A model generated the notes under the pieces. It was not told where the DNA came from and made no database searches. It was given only the letters and a program-made list of their open reading frames with translations. A program made the position numbers and the translations under genes. DNA of 64,000 bases from Oopsacas minuta (taxonomy: Eukaryota > Animalia > Porifera): NCBI GenBank assembly GCA_024704765.1, contig JAKMXF010000077.1, positions 635,220 to 699,219 on the forward strand, read 5' to 3'. This document shows, piece after piece, positions 1 to 13,544 of the stretch; the stretch's first letter is position 1; each line of letters opens with the position of its first letter.

Positions 1-157
1 AATGTTCATATGAGATGAATTTACAAAAACATCGTGGCAATTTGGGCAATTTACCTGTTATCATAGACTACCAATATTTATCTATAATATTAGTATTATG
101 TGTTTCTAGAACATCAGGTGAAAATTTAGCATTTACCTGTCAATATTTGTTAGAATA

Positions 158-241
158 GGGTAATTTCATAGATCTTGAAAGAATTCCCTTAATAATAATA
201 TATTATTAAGGGAATGTTTTCCCTGATCTATGAAATTACCC
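158..241. repeat. Imperfect palindrome / foldback (MITE-like hairpin)
   Basis: Outer arms GGGTAATTTCATAGATC (158-174) and GATCTATGAAATTACCC (225-241) are perfect 17-bp inverted repeats. Inner arms ATTCCCTTAATAATA / TATTATTAAGGGAAT are also perfect. Confidence 0.75.
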
Positions 242-545
242 AATCCAAACATTGATAACTCTAGTAATCATATAACCTATAAGTGAAAATATAGTATTAT
301 GATCATTTGTCCAATTACAAAGAATGAGACGGTCAGACAGGCTATAATTAATTTGACCAGCCAACTTAAAGACAGTAGAGCTCAGAATTGTCTAAATCTT
401 TTGCAAAACATATATATAGAACTCAGTTAGTGTGTATTTGCTTCCAAACTGGTTATATACACTTAAACTTGTAAGAAAAATATTTCGAGAAAACCAAAAA
501 ATATTTTAATACTCCAGGGATGTCTTACCCGATTTCTAGTGTATA

Positions 546-1864
546 ACGGGGTGCTACTAAAAATCCGACAACTTCACGAGTGTCAGATAATATCAATTAC
601 TATGCCACCATATGTTTATATTGTTTGATATTTAAGTACACTACTTGACAACTTATAATTAGAAATTATTATTAAGACAGGTGTACTTCGCAAAATGGAG
701 ACCCTTTCAGAGAAGCAGAGAAGAGACATAGTTGTACAGTTCTATAAGGAGTACTCCGATAGGGGTAAGTGTTTCACCATTGACCATTTTATGAAGATGA
801 AAATGAGGAGGAGTACATTATAGGACATCTTGGGAAGTTATGAGAGAAGGAAAACAACAGAAAGGAAAGGGGGGAGTGGAAGAACCGCACAGAAACTGCC
901 AGTATTGAAGAGGATGCGGTTGAAACAGGCTGCCAATAACAAGAAGGGGGTCAGTCACAGAAAACTGGCTGCGAAGTTCAATGTAAGCAGATCTTATGTA
1001 AGAAAGGTTCTCAAAAGTCAGAATGTAAAGTACTCAAGAGACAGAAGTGCCCAGATTCAACTCCAGACCAACAAACACGACAGATAAAGTGCCTCAGGTC
1101 CATGAATCGGAAACTCTGTCCGCCAAATTCAGATGTAGTGATCATTTTGGACGACGAGTCGTATTTCCCTCTCAAACATGATGAAATGCCCGGAAATGAT
1201 GGTTTTACTCAGATAACAAGAAGAATACCCCATTCAGTGTAAAATACAAAACAAAACAGAATTTTGCTCCAAAGGTCATGATCTGGCTCGCAATCAGCGA
1301 ACGGGGCCACTCCGACGTCTATGTGAAGCCATCAGGTTTTGGTATTAATAGTGGAGAATATATTGGTGAATGTATTCGTGCAAGATTGGTTCTTGTTATC
1401 AATCAATTGCACAAAGGCGACGAGATCTTGTTTTGGCCAGATCTAGCAAGCTCCCATTACTCTATAGCGACCAGAGCTTGCTACAAAGAGATCGGAATTA
1501 ATGTTGTCCCAAAGAAATGAACCCTCCCAACGTCCCCCAACTACGGCTTATTGAAAATTTTTGGGGAATTCTTAAAGCAGAGGTCTATAAGGGTGCGTGG
1601 GAGGCCAAAAAGCGTCGCTCAATTGGTTAATAGAATAAAAGATGTCTAGCTGAAATGGACTAGACATCTGTCCAGGCAATGATGCGAACTTGTAAAACAA
1701 ACATCAGAAAGGCAGCAGACAAAACACCTCTCGTAATGCTATAATTGACACTATATGAACTTTTGACTATGAATAGAGTATATACAAAAGCCGAATGAAT
1801 AGGCCACAATATAGTCCATTCAAGTCCTGATCAAAACCAGTCCGGATTTTTAGTAGCACCCCGC
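546..1864 (+). mobile_element. Tc1-like DNA transposon, DD37E type, full length but decayed
   Basis: TIR core CGGGGTGCTACTAAAAATCCG (547-567) is inverted at 1843-1863. TA on both sides (544-545, 1865-1866). About 1.3 kb. Confidence 0.9.
695..1745 (+). pseudogene. Tc1-like transposase pseudogene (DD37E)
   Basis: ATG at 695 is followed by an in-frame stop and frameshifts. Motifs are ILDDESYF, FWPDLASSHY and NPPNVPQLRLIENFW. After one 1-nt frameshift correction near 1518 there are 37 residues between the second D and E. The 3' end is approximate. Confidence 0.85.
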
Positions 1865-4808
1865 TATACTTGTCAACAGATGCCCTACGATTTATTCAGT
1901 GGTAGGCTTGGTTTGAAGCCTTAATAATGGACAAAAGGACAAAAAATGAATATACATGACATGAATAGAACGCAGCAGAAAAAGAGCAGGGTGCAATAAA
2001 GGAGGAAGTCCTAGGAAAAATAGAACATATGATCTCCCCAATTATATACCTAGCCAAAACATACATTATAAATACATTTGAAAGATGAGATTGTAATTAA
2101 GTAACTCCAAAACAAATGTGGAGAAGTTTACAAGAGAAAAAACTATATGGGAACATCACATAATTTTAGGTTGTGCACAAACTGGAATAGTCGAGCCTGT
2201 TTAAGGCCTTCGAGGGTCATGCGTTGAGAGCGCCTGATCTATATGCTTGGCGGGCACCTAAAAATACCAGTTTAGCAGCCAAGAAGGACATAAAGCAGCG
2301 GCACTGAGACTCAAATTGTATCGATAGATATATTACAGTCCAGAAAAGTGCCCTCAAGGAGTCCCTCCAATAAATAGTATCACCTAGAATTTCCTGGAAA
2401 CCCCTAGAGGGTTGTCGCACTTACTGGGCAAACTAAGGACAATATAATACTACTTAGAAGCAGTAGATGATGCTGATAACTATCACCCTTTAATGACAGT
2501 GCAAACTCAAATTATCCTTGGATAAGCTTTGAAAGATATCTGTGGACAAATGTACATGCCATAAGGATTAACAGATGCAACATTTAAAAAGGAATAATGA
2601 TAGAGATGTTGAGCCGTATGAAGAAGCTATAAGATTTGTCATATGAAATATCGGACGAAGATGATTTGTCATAAGAAGGTCGGGTTACAAATCAAGCCAT
2701 CGCTTAAAAATCCATTAAAAGCACAACTAATGTGCAGTGAAAATTCTTTAGGAAGCCGACATTACTGAAAAGATTTATCATATTCGAAATTTTCATCTGA
2801 TGCAAAAATCTAAGAACTGTGCAACCGATTTATAGCAGACGACATCGTCCAGAATTATAAAAATTTAAGAGCCGGAAACATGGCCAAAAAGGAAAGAAGG
2901 TTAGGAATTTGATTATCAAAGTGAGAATATTTGCTGTGAAATTTAGAGGGAAGAATAGCAATTCCTAAAGAGTTAGAGTGCATCGAAATAATGGTGAAAT
3001 TTTATAAAAACATATTCATTAATTCACTAAGCAGTCTTTAACGATTGTAATTTTCTAATTCGCTGCTTCCACTCGGATTCGAAATCCATTAATAAATTCA
3101 TGTACTATATTCTATGTTTACAGAGTCTATATAAAGTTCAATTTTGTTAATAGTAATTATCTGTTAGTAAATTCTATTCATACCAGGGAATAATGGAGAA
3201 GATTTGAACTACTGGGTATCCCTTATATGGACACTGGTAATAAGGGAAACCCATTGTATATACGTATATGCGTATATAGAATATCGATGTGTAGGTTCGA
3301 AATTGATTAAATAAAATGAAAGACCATAAGGGTTGATATTTAGCATACGGTTGTATCCTGGATCTGACTCGGACAAGTTCGAGTCTTGAAAGATGGATCA
3401 GATATATGACGAAATTATGAAGTAGTTTAATCTCTTTGCACTTCAAAAATCAAACTGTTAACCACTGGTCAGCTAATATGCATGTTAGATTTATCAAATT
3501 TGCAACACAGGTAACCGTATATTGATCCATCCCCTGACTTCAGAATCTACATCCAAAGCACAATCACCATGAAATTATTACTTGACTCTATCTTAGCTCT
3601 AAAAAGTCCTATTTTTAAAATTCTGAAAGTTTAGAGAATTTGAATTACTCGAGGCACGAATTCAAAAGGTTTTTCACAAATGGGCATTCTCATGAGTTTT
3701 CCCCATATGGGGATTCCAATGCCTCTTTCCATATTGGAGTGCCATGGGATTTGGATATTGGGATTATAATAGGTTTCGCAACTGGCGATTGCAAAGGTTT
3801 TTCGATATGGGAATTCACAATGGTTTATAAATGTGAAGATTAGCATAACTTTTCCATAAACGTGTTCCCATGAGTTTCCAATATGGGGATTACGATGGAT
3901 TTCGCATATGGGCCCCATTATAGATTTTGGGAATCACCATCGGAATTCTCAAACTCAAGGTAATCTTGATTTGAAATAATGTCTGATAGATAGCCTCCTA
4001 TATTTACTACCATACATGACAAGTCACTACGTAATAACAAAAATATGAAAAAAATAGAAATTGTATAGAGTGGAACTTTGGAAATACGGAGACGTTTGAT
4101 ACGAATTTCCAGATAAGGAGAACAAATATCTGCAAATATTCAGGTCCCCAAGCGAATATCAAATTGGTCCTGGATAAGGTTAGATGAAAAATGTTAAATA
4201 TATAACCGATTGAGAAAAAATAACTAGAATTTCTATACAAGTGAAAATATAGAACAAAAAAGATCATTATCGAATTTAAGAGTTCAGTAAGGATCGAAAC
4301 TAAATATTGTAAATTCATATAATGGGTTAAATCTGAATAACCCAAGAAACATTTTCAGAATGAATATTTGAAAAACATAATCATATAAAATGCAAGTTAT
4401 TGGTGACAAGATTTAAGAAACAAAATCAGACACGGGTCCACCATGTGAATCTCTGCTACTTCTATGTAATTTTACAAAAATAGTGTCCAACCACTCAATC
4501 TGGGATGATCAGGACCTCACCCAATAAATAAACTTGGCGATTGGAGATAATATTGCTAAATCGAAGTCTAAATACAATTGCCGAACGTGGTATTATCTTA
4601 TCAAGAAATTCATATAATATTTGTAAATTGTATAGGATAAGGACAAATTGTAAACAAGGGTAGGAAATTATCAATTAACTGAAATTGAGATAAATAAGAT
4701 CCACAAAGTAATATACTGAACCCTATGGCAAAAGAGTACTACATAGTATTTAATGAAAAGGAGAGTTATTCGAAATATGAATACTACAAAGTTTCATAAT
4801 AGACATAC

Positions 4809-4911
4809 GCAATATCAGCATTTCTATTGTTTGAATCTGTAACTGTGATATTAATGACTTTTCCATTTGCTGAATCTACCAAAGTGGTTAGTGGGGAGGT
4901 CACGAGTATTT
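4809..4911 (-). CDS. Tentative exon of the minus-strand Ig/FN3 host gene (ILVTSPLTTLVDSANGKVINITVTDSNNRNADI)
   Basis: Pyrimidine-rich acceptor ttttcatctag, open frame and a GTATGT donor at 4808. The peptide looks extracellular (N-I-T sequon), but linkage to the upstream exons is not proven. Confidence 0.4.
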
Positions 4912-6982
4912 CTAGATGAAAATAACAAAGGTAAATAAGAAAGTCAATGAAAAGAACAGGCAAAGAAATTTTCATGCAAATAATGAAAAAATCAAAAACT
5001 TTGCGTCGACGGAAATTCTGAGATAATCTACGCAACGTTAAGAAATGAAGAGCTTGTATTAAACGGACAGCCGCCATGAAAATGAATGCGATATCAATAT
5101 GGTCTACCAACTCGCACTCTTCGGCAACAATTAAATCGAAACATCGATAGCATGTGAATAGTAAGAATATTTAAGTACAGTATGACTACTTTGAAGAGTC
5201 ACAAAAGGGATGAATTTCTAGTGAAGAAGATCACGATTATAAACAGTTCGATAGTAACTCAGATATATTTATTGATCACTTAGGGAAATTCATGTAGAGG
5301 TTTTTGTAAAAGTTCAATGCATAAGTAGTTGTTAGTTCAGAAATAATATACATCAGTAAGACATTAACTGGGGGCACAAGGTTGTTCAATAGCGTGATAT
5401 TTTGTATATTAGATCAAATATCAATTCAAAATATACGTTCAAAGAGGAATTGATCAAATATATTTGCATACAAAATATCACAAATAAGTAAAAACATAGT
5501 TAAGTTGTTCTTGAGTTGCAAATGAGAACATGGATGGCACAAATTTGTCAGTATCCCCATATAACGCGTAGAGTTGAAATTATGTCAAATCAGGACAGGC
5601 CATAGATAGTAATACCCGAGTTCCCATCAAAGGGCACCAAAACAATGGGGCTCGGTGGTGCCCAGGCCCCCCGACACCAGAATCGGTGAGACCAGGCGGA
5701 GATTATGGAACACGTCATTTGTGTTTAATTTATAGCAGTCGATATAATTATTATGAATCCACACCGTTGTAGAAAATTCGATATATCCTTATTATTTCTA
5801 CACATCATATACTGACTGATTCTAGTGGTGCAATTAAATTTTAACTTGAGTTTACATACATTTCTCATAGCGTATATTCTGAAAATACCTCTGTGTTCAG
5901 ATTGACCTATGGTCATAGTATACCATATACAGTTGAGGATTCAACAATGGGTAAGTATTAACCAATCAATGAGTTTCAGTATAGATCACTTTACAGTACT
6001 GTCCAAATGTTATATTAGCAGCCAGCTTATATGTCCCCTTGCATGTCCACGCACATCGAGAAGAAATTTACATGCAAACTCCATAATTCTGCATAATAAG
6101 TTACACATACAAATACATTTGAGCATGTGCCTTTTAGCTATCTTGATGAATTAACATATAAATAGTGCAATATTAATGTATTATCTTTCAGATATTTTGC
6201 CTCTCCGTTTCTCTCCATATTTCATGTGTCAAGTCTGTCAAAACTTCATGATTCGAGGATATATGAACAATATAATATTATTATAAGGACAGGTTAAAAT
6301 AATAAATCTTCGAAGCAGATTTTGCTTTGTAATTGAATAAGTTTATATTACCTATTGGATTATTTAATCTCGTATTCAGATAATTGGGGGAAATATATGA
6401 TGCTGAGTGTACCGTATAACCTCGATACCGAACTCGTTGGGTTCTATCGAAAGCGTTTGGTTATTCATTTAGAGCTGAAAATGTTCCTTTTTGGCAATTT
6501 CATACGAGGTAAAATCCGATAGACAAACGATCCTGAAGGTAATTACCTCCAAACGCATATTAAAATGCAATTTCAAACGTTTTCTCGAATAACCCAATTT
6601 GAATTGTATTTGGATAATCGAGGCCGTAAATTGACAGTGGAATAGGAAATGTGACCAAGGGCATGTTTGGATAATTGAAGAGCTAGGATAATCCATTTCG
6701 GATCATTGAGGTTGCATTGTAACAAAGAGGTCAGATTGGCCCAGACGAAAGCTTGTAGATTAACAAATATAAGTCGCTCAATCGGCATTTCTGTTGCATT
6801 ACAAAAACATGTGCCCAAATTCCAGTCCATAATGATAAAGTTTGCGTATAGAAAAAGAAATTTCTCCACTACCTCAAACGTATTTTACCAAACTAGTAAA
6901 TTAAACACGATTAATTTTGTAGTTGTGGAGTTTCTTCACAATTTGGAATGAAGTGAAATTTTTCCCTATATTAGTGTCAGAC

Positions 6983-9485
6983 TAGGGTTTTTAATCCCGA
7001 ACTCTTTTTATAATCCCGGGATTTCGGGATTTCCATATTTAAAATCCCGGGATCCGGGGAATTTCCGGGAATCCCTTGATAAATGATGATAATTATCTCT
7101 CTAGCAATTTTTAAATTTGTTTAATTATATGATAGTCTGATAGAATGAAAGTATAATATAGGGGTATATAGGGAGTACAAGATGAATATGAATGAGTAAT
7201 AAGTTTATTTAGTCTATCATCAATTTTTTTTCTTGTTGGCCCTTATGAATGCTAGTGTATCCAAAGTGCTATCACTGAGTCTTGTTCTAAATTTGTCACA
7301 TAAATATGCCGAACAAGAAAATGCTCGTTCCGCTTCAACTGAGGTTGCAGGTATTGTTAGTAGCATTTGATATACCTTTTCCAAATGATATCCTCGTTTT
7401 CCTGTCTGTTCTCCAATAGTAAGTTCATATTTCAATATATTGAATAATGAATGTTAAACTTGTATATCTTCTGGCTTTTTCATTGATGCGTCTATCGCTA
7501 ATTGTAATCTTTTTGCGAGGGGGATATCATCTAGGTTAGATATGCTTTCAGCCGTATTAGGTGAGTAAGGTACCATTGATACTTCTTCACCCACAGGTTC
7601 CTCATCTTCAATTCCTTTCCTTCGAGTTCTTGATAACAAATCAGCACAAAATGTGTTTACTACAGTCTTTTTTACAAGTCGTGCCGAAGGATTATGTAGG
7701 TATTGAAGTATCGCTGAAACTTCAGTGTACCTCTCTTGAACCATCCGCTGGCTTAGCGCCTCCAGGATTTGTGCATGATAATTTGTGTTAGATTTCTGAA
7801 TATCTTCCAATAGAAATTTTATAGTTGCTTCTGTTGTAATTAAATTTGTATCTCTTCTACATATAGTTTCTAAAGCAATCTTAATTGGATTCAAAGCTTC
7901 AACTATAGAAGAGATAGCCGCAATTTCTTGGTCGCTGAGGCATATATGTTCACCAAAATATAACAGAGCTTTATGTATTGGTAATTTGATCTGAATTATC
8001 CTCTCGAGCATATTCACAAGTGAGCTCCATCGAGTCTTACAATCAAGAACCACATTCAGCCCATTTGGATAAATCTCTTTCACATACGTTTGCAATGTTT
8101 CATTCTTCAAAGGTGATCGCTTGAATATTTTCACAATTCCACGTACTTTGGTTACTATTTTGGAGATGTCAAAATTTAGTGCAAGAGCATTCTGAGGGTC
8201 CATCGATTCCGAAACAATGAATCCATCATCATTAAAATCATCAAACATTTCCATATCTTCATCTTCATCTTCATCGGTTTCACTTGTACTAGAATAAATT
8301 TCTTCAGTTTCACTAAGTTGTTTTTGATAGATAACGTCTTGTATTTCAAGCTGGAGTCCATGTGCGTAGCATAACTGCTGATTTGTGGGTATTATTTTCC
8401 CCAACTTCTTCATCATTGAACACCCGTCTGTTGTGATAGAAATGACATCTGTTTCGAATTCTATTCCAAATTCTTTTAGTTTAAGTGAGATTATCTTGGA
8501 ACAAGCCTCTGAAGAAAATCTTTCCTTAATCCTTACCAATCCTAAGTTCCAAAAGAACCCAATGCCATGTATATTAATATTGAGATATCTTTTGTTTTGC
8601 AGGATGTCCATTCATCAAGGGTAAGACTGAAATATTGACCTTTTGATTTAATAATGCTTAGATTTCTGGTAATATCTTGGCGTAATTGCTGACCATATTT
8701 TAGCACTTGATCTCTTATTCCGACAACCGATCTTGGTAGTGAATGTCCTAGTGCAGCAAGAGATTTTCTCAAGTCCATTGATGTAGTAAATATATTAAAT
8801 GAAAGCCCATCGCAAGCTGTCATCCTGGCTAACACAGCTGGTAGGCTAGCGTCGTTCATGTAATAATCTAATTTCCTAACCGCACATGTATGTGAGATAG
8901 CACTTTCTTCATTATTTGAGAGTTCAATAAATCAATTTGGTGCTGTGATTTAAGATGATTGTGTAGCACCTTTGTTGATCCCCTTCGCATTTAAGTACCT
9001 TTTTACAGAATTACACTCAGCTACTTTCCCACATACCAAGCGCTTAAAATGGTTCCAAATTTTAGATCCTGCAAACTCTTGAAACATAACTTTTCCAGCC
9101 ATTCAAGGTACGATATAACGATAATGCAACAATTACGATTTAGAATGAAATTGAGGCTTTTCTGACGATTCACCTTATATTTGAAATTTGAATAGTTAGA
9201 ATGGTTGAGTGGTACCTTACAAGTTTGCTTGAATTCTCTGACTTGTTAAGCACTTATTAATTTTGGTGTCTTATTCATATTGAAAACATATTTCATTCAG
9301 TATTAACAATACGAAACCAATTAAATCCCTAAATCATTTCAACGCAATTACACAAATGTACATAATGATCATAGAGCATGTCAATATGCAATCAAGAAGA
9401 TATCCCGGGATTGAAGAAACAATCCCGGTAATTAGTCCCGAAACAATAACCTCGGGATCCCGGGATCCCGGGATTAAAAACCCTA
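6983..9485 (-). mobile_element. hAT DNA transposon, complete ends
   Basis: 17-bp perfect TIR TAGGGTTTTTAATCCCG and perfect 8-bp TSD TGTCAGAC (6975-6982 and 9486-9493). Subterminal ATCCCG/CCCGGG motif clusters at both ends. Confidence 0.96.
7220..9102 (-). pseudogene. hAT transposase pseudogene (frameshifted)
   Basis: Pieces 8542-8859, 7454-8611 and 7220-7435 carry SLTLDEWT, SITTDG, CYAHGLQL, CKTRWSS and the dimerisation motif LLTIPATSVEAERAFS. The putative ATG at 9102 is followed by a BED-like IWNHF..C segment. Confidence 0.9.
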
Positions 9486-10539
9486 TGTCAGACATGCCAT
9501 TAGCTAGTATTTCAATAATCATATTATCACACAGCCTACGAAACTAAAACCTATCCACTGTCTAGAATTTCTTGGACAATGGATCATATATGATACATCA
9601 CCTACATATAATGGCACAAACCTTTGACCTGCAGCCAAAGTGCAGTGTTCCAGAGTGTATCTCATCCAAAACAGAAATTTTAGAAAATATGATAGCATAT
9701 ATTTAGTATAAATATTATAACATCTATTATCTATTAACATCGATGTATTGAATAATGTTGCTGCTAAATCTGTATAACGTAATTGATATGATATTTTTTA
9801 GCTTTCAGTATCGTTTTGGTTATGATACGGCGGTACTGTGCAAAATACTAAATAGATGAGACATTATACTCAAAATCAGGTATACCTCTGATTACTCGAT
9901 ATGCCTCTCAATTTCAAACATGTTTTCTCTTATATTTTCGATGGATCGAGTATGATCATGGAACAGTTAAAGTTTAGCATTTGAGGACGCAAAAGACTGC
10001 AGTTTGAAGCTGCAGAAAGAGGATGGAGATACACAGGTGATGTGGGACTCCTTAATTGCAAGGATGGAGGATATAGGAATGATTTAGAAAGCAGAAAAGC
10101 AAACAACAGGATAGCTCGATCCATCAACAGACTGTTTGTTTTATGAGTAGAACTTGCCAAGAAGATTCTAATGGGAACCAGTTGGCAGATCAGTTCAGCG
10201 TAGAGCAACGAAAACACAGATTGGCTCTGCGTACCATTATTCAAGCAATACAATCTCCCGTCATACAAGGATTAGCAATCCCCAGTCATTCTGATTAAGA
10301 GTGAAATTTCATTGGAACATTAGACGGCCAGTTTCTACTTCTAAAAGAAGAAATACGTATACAGAGAGGGATTATAGTTGTTGAGCTGGGAGACTCAGAA
10401 CATTTTCATTGGGTCTCTTGGTAATGTGGTTTCAGGACATTGATGAATGATGTAGTTAGTAATTTTCTAGGGGCGCTAAATACATTCCTGAAGAAGATAA
10501 ATGTGTTGATCGAGTCCAGAAACTTCAACCTGTTATGGT

Positions 10540-10900
10540 TTGAGGAGGAGTAGCAGCGAATTCGAGGACAAATCTGATTTTTACTCGAAAGGAGTAAAAG
10601 TAAACTTAGAAACTTATAGGAAGTTAATACTCGAGCCGGACTTCAAAGATGCAGGTCGTCCCTATTCAAAAATCAGGAATGGATATTCCAACATGACTCA
10701 GCTCCAGCGGATTCCTCGAATACTACTCAGTTCTGGCTGAGGGGGCAAAATATCAAGTTTTTTCAAAGACGGAATGGCCACTAGGCCGGATCGAGAAAAG
10801 TATACATTGTCGCTTCAACTTCTACCTAAGGCAAAAGCTGCCTTAACTCTTCTCTAGGAAAATGCAAGACATAATTTGAAAAATATTTCAAGTTGATTAT
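10540..10900 (+). mobile_element. Decayed fragment of a DD37D (maT-like) transposase
   Basis: GVKVNLETYRKLILEP and, after a frameshift, WIFQHDSAP parallel GVKINSQTYRELVLEP...WTYQQDSAP of the element at 25440-26750. Limits are approximate. Confidence 0.6.
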
Positions 10901-12060
10901 TGCGGTTTTATATTTTTGCAGTGTCTCTTTCGTAAACTTGACTTTAAATTGTCTGAATTTTTGATTCCTTTGACTTAGCCCCTTTAGATATATTTGTGGT
11001 AATAGTAAGTCGCATATTTGCTTTCGAATTGTGTATTAGGCTAATTTCTATGTCCAAGGATACTCAAGTTATCAAGATATTTTGCATATTCTATCATTCC
11101 CTAATAATATTATCCACCCCCCTTTTCTGAAGATCTGCAAATGCATAATTCTTACAAGAAATAGCTATATCCTCACCAAACTTAGCATAATTTTGTATCT
11201 AGGTCCAAATTCATCAATAGACTACCGCAAAGAAATTTTACCAACTTTCCTTATCTCTTGCTCTTAACTTAGTTACCATTTATCTAGTATGGAATTTATA
11301 GTCAATAATTATATCTAAAAAACTCACTCAAATCATTCATATTATAGTGTGATTATATTCCTATAATTTATGTATTTTGAATATGGTAAGATACACGCTT
11401 AGTATTGTAGTATTTCATCCTGTTTTTGGTTATCCTTGACCCATCCCAGAAAATCTACTCCCAATAAAACTAGATCTATACAATCATTATAGTATGCTTA
11501 GAAATGAAGATTCTAAAACCTAACTCAACTAGAGATGATATAGCGAAAGGATTAACTGAAGTATTAGTGCGTATCTATAATTTGGCTTCCATACCCAAAA
11601 ATCAGAACTCAAAATATAACAGTACATCATTTCTGTTATTATCGAGAGAACAAAGCTTTTTGCTTCTTGAATTAGGCATTTGCAACTTGAGACATCGAAC
11701 TATACATTAAATTGAGAATTATAGGCTGGACATAATGCTAGTTTTGGATACATTTTCTGTAGTATCTAGCTCTCAATAATATCATCTATTTAGTCAGGAT
11801 TTTAACTAACATAGTCAAATTGCTCTATCAGGTATTTATCCTACGCATTTCAAATAGTAATATCTATCATATACTGGAGTAGTAGTCTATTGAGGGATGT
11901 ATATATTATCGTCCAAATTGAGTAATGTTATTCATATACTAAATTTGGGATAAACTATTATAGTTTATTAAAAACAATATTGTATAATTTCAATGCTAAG
12001 TTTTTGGTCAACTAAAAAACATGAATTATCATATTCTGAACTTGTATGTTGTATCCAGAT

Positions 12061-12339
12061 TAGTGGTTCTCAAACATTTTCCCTGGCGACCCCCTAACAA
12101 TTGTCAAATTAATTCAAGACTCAAATATTTCACAGTGCACATATTTAATGATATAGCGTCAAATAGTTATTACTTATACAATGTTCAATAAAATATATCA
12201 ATGAGATGGGTGTAGTTGCTTTTCTTTAGCTGAAGCATAATTTCCGGATCTGTGCTTGCGAGTTCACAAAGAATATCATCATCTAACTATAATTTGTTTC
12301 TACAGCTATTATTAATTTGTAACAGTGTTGAAAAACCTG
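12061..12339. mobile_element. Possible Charlie/Buster-type hAT MITE
   Basis: The left end TAGTGGTTCTCAAAC resembles Charlie-type termini. The degenerate right end is GTTGAAAAACCTG. Flanks ATCCAGAT / ATTCATAT match only partly. Confidence 0.3.
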
Positions 12340-12719
12340 ATTCATATAGGTAAGTAGTAGGTAAAGGTAACTGATTTTAATGATACTGCAGATTAGAGTA
12401 GGTTAGAATCCTCCATTGAGCACCAAAAGGAACTCAATACCTCTCTTTCAAATACTCTGGCAGATACATCATGAATGAGATCTATCAATCCATCCTGAGC
12501 TCAGTCATTTTGTCTGGGATTGCTTAGACAGATGTAGCAAAGGATTTCTCAATAACTTCAAATCTGCTGAGTCCTTCCGCTTAGGTTAATAATGAGAAAT
12601 ACTTTGTCTAGTGTTGTAAAGGTGTTCAGAGATTAAATTTTTGAATCATTACCCAATTCAGTATCTATGTTTTCGAAATATTTGGACAATATTCACCATA
12701 CATATAGTTCATGAGTCAA

Positions 12720-13542
12720 ACGACTTACAGAATGCGATTCGATAGTGTCCCTGTTCGCCTCTTTCTTCTACAAGGTTGTGGCAGCCTGAACAGTGGGTCA
12801 TTAGTTCGCTTCCAGAATAAGAACGAAGGACCTAGCATTCAAGATGGATGCGCTTTACGCGGATGCAGGAAAGTCATCCCAGGGAATGCCAGGAAAATGT
12901 TTGGAATTACATTATCAATGACATAAGGGTGATCCAGCATGATATGTATGGCTAGTGGTTATGTCTGGGGGCCTGGGATGGACGCCCACTTTGTAAAGAA
13001 ATGTCAACAAAGCCAACTAACAAAACACCAATGACAAAGTTCCCTTGCACCCATGGTAGTAGCCTGAACGACCATCGAGGCATATTCAAATGACTATGCT
13101 AACTCAGTTTTAGAAAAATGTTTCTTCTAGTAATAGACGAGAATTCTAAATGGTTAGAGGGATTCATATTAAATTTCGCAACGTCTACCATAAGAATTTA
13201 GGAATTACGGAGGATGTTCTAAGCACATGGATTAACAGATGTACTTGTCTTTGACAACAGTACATCATTCTTTAGTGTTGAGTTCTCGAAATTTAAGAAA
13301 AGAACAATATACGGCATAACAGAAGCGCTCCATCTCATCTTTCCCCAAATGGTCAGGTAGAAGGAACAGTAAAGATAATGAAAAACTCTAATATAGGATT
13401 CAACTGATTCAGTACATCCAAGCAAGGATATTAAAAATTAAGGAAAGAAACCTAATACAACTACCGGAATCCCGTCCTCTGAATTACTAATGGATAGAAG
13501 GATTAGAACAAATCTAAGCCGCCTTTCCTCTGAATGAGCTTC
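12720..13542 (+). mobile_element. Ty3/Gypsy integrase remnant
   Basis: Decayed frames read IQDGCALRGCRKVIP, KCQQSQ, LLVIDENSKWLE, LVFDNSTSFFSVEF and PNGQVEGTVK, matching the Gypsy integrase HHCC/DDE layout. It is interrupted by the mariner at 13545. Confidence 0.7.
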
Positions 13543-13544
13543 TA

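Noticed and set aside
3631-3918. Repeated CATGAGTTT..ATATGGGGATT motifs with overlapping ORFs
   Set aside because: Probably a decayed MITE interior. No termini or TSD were found and the ORFs have no recognisable motif.
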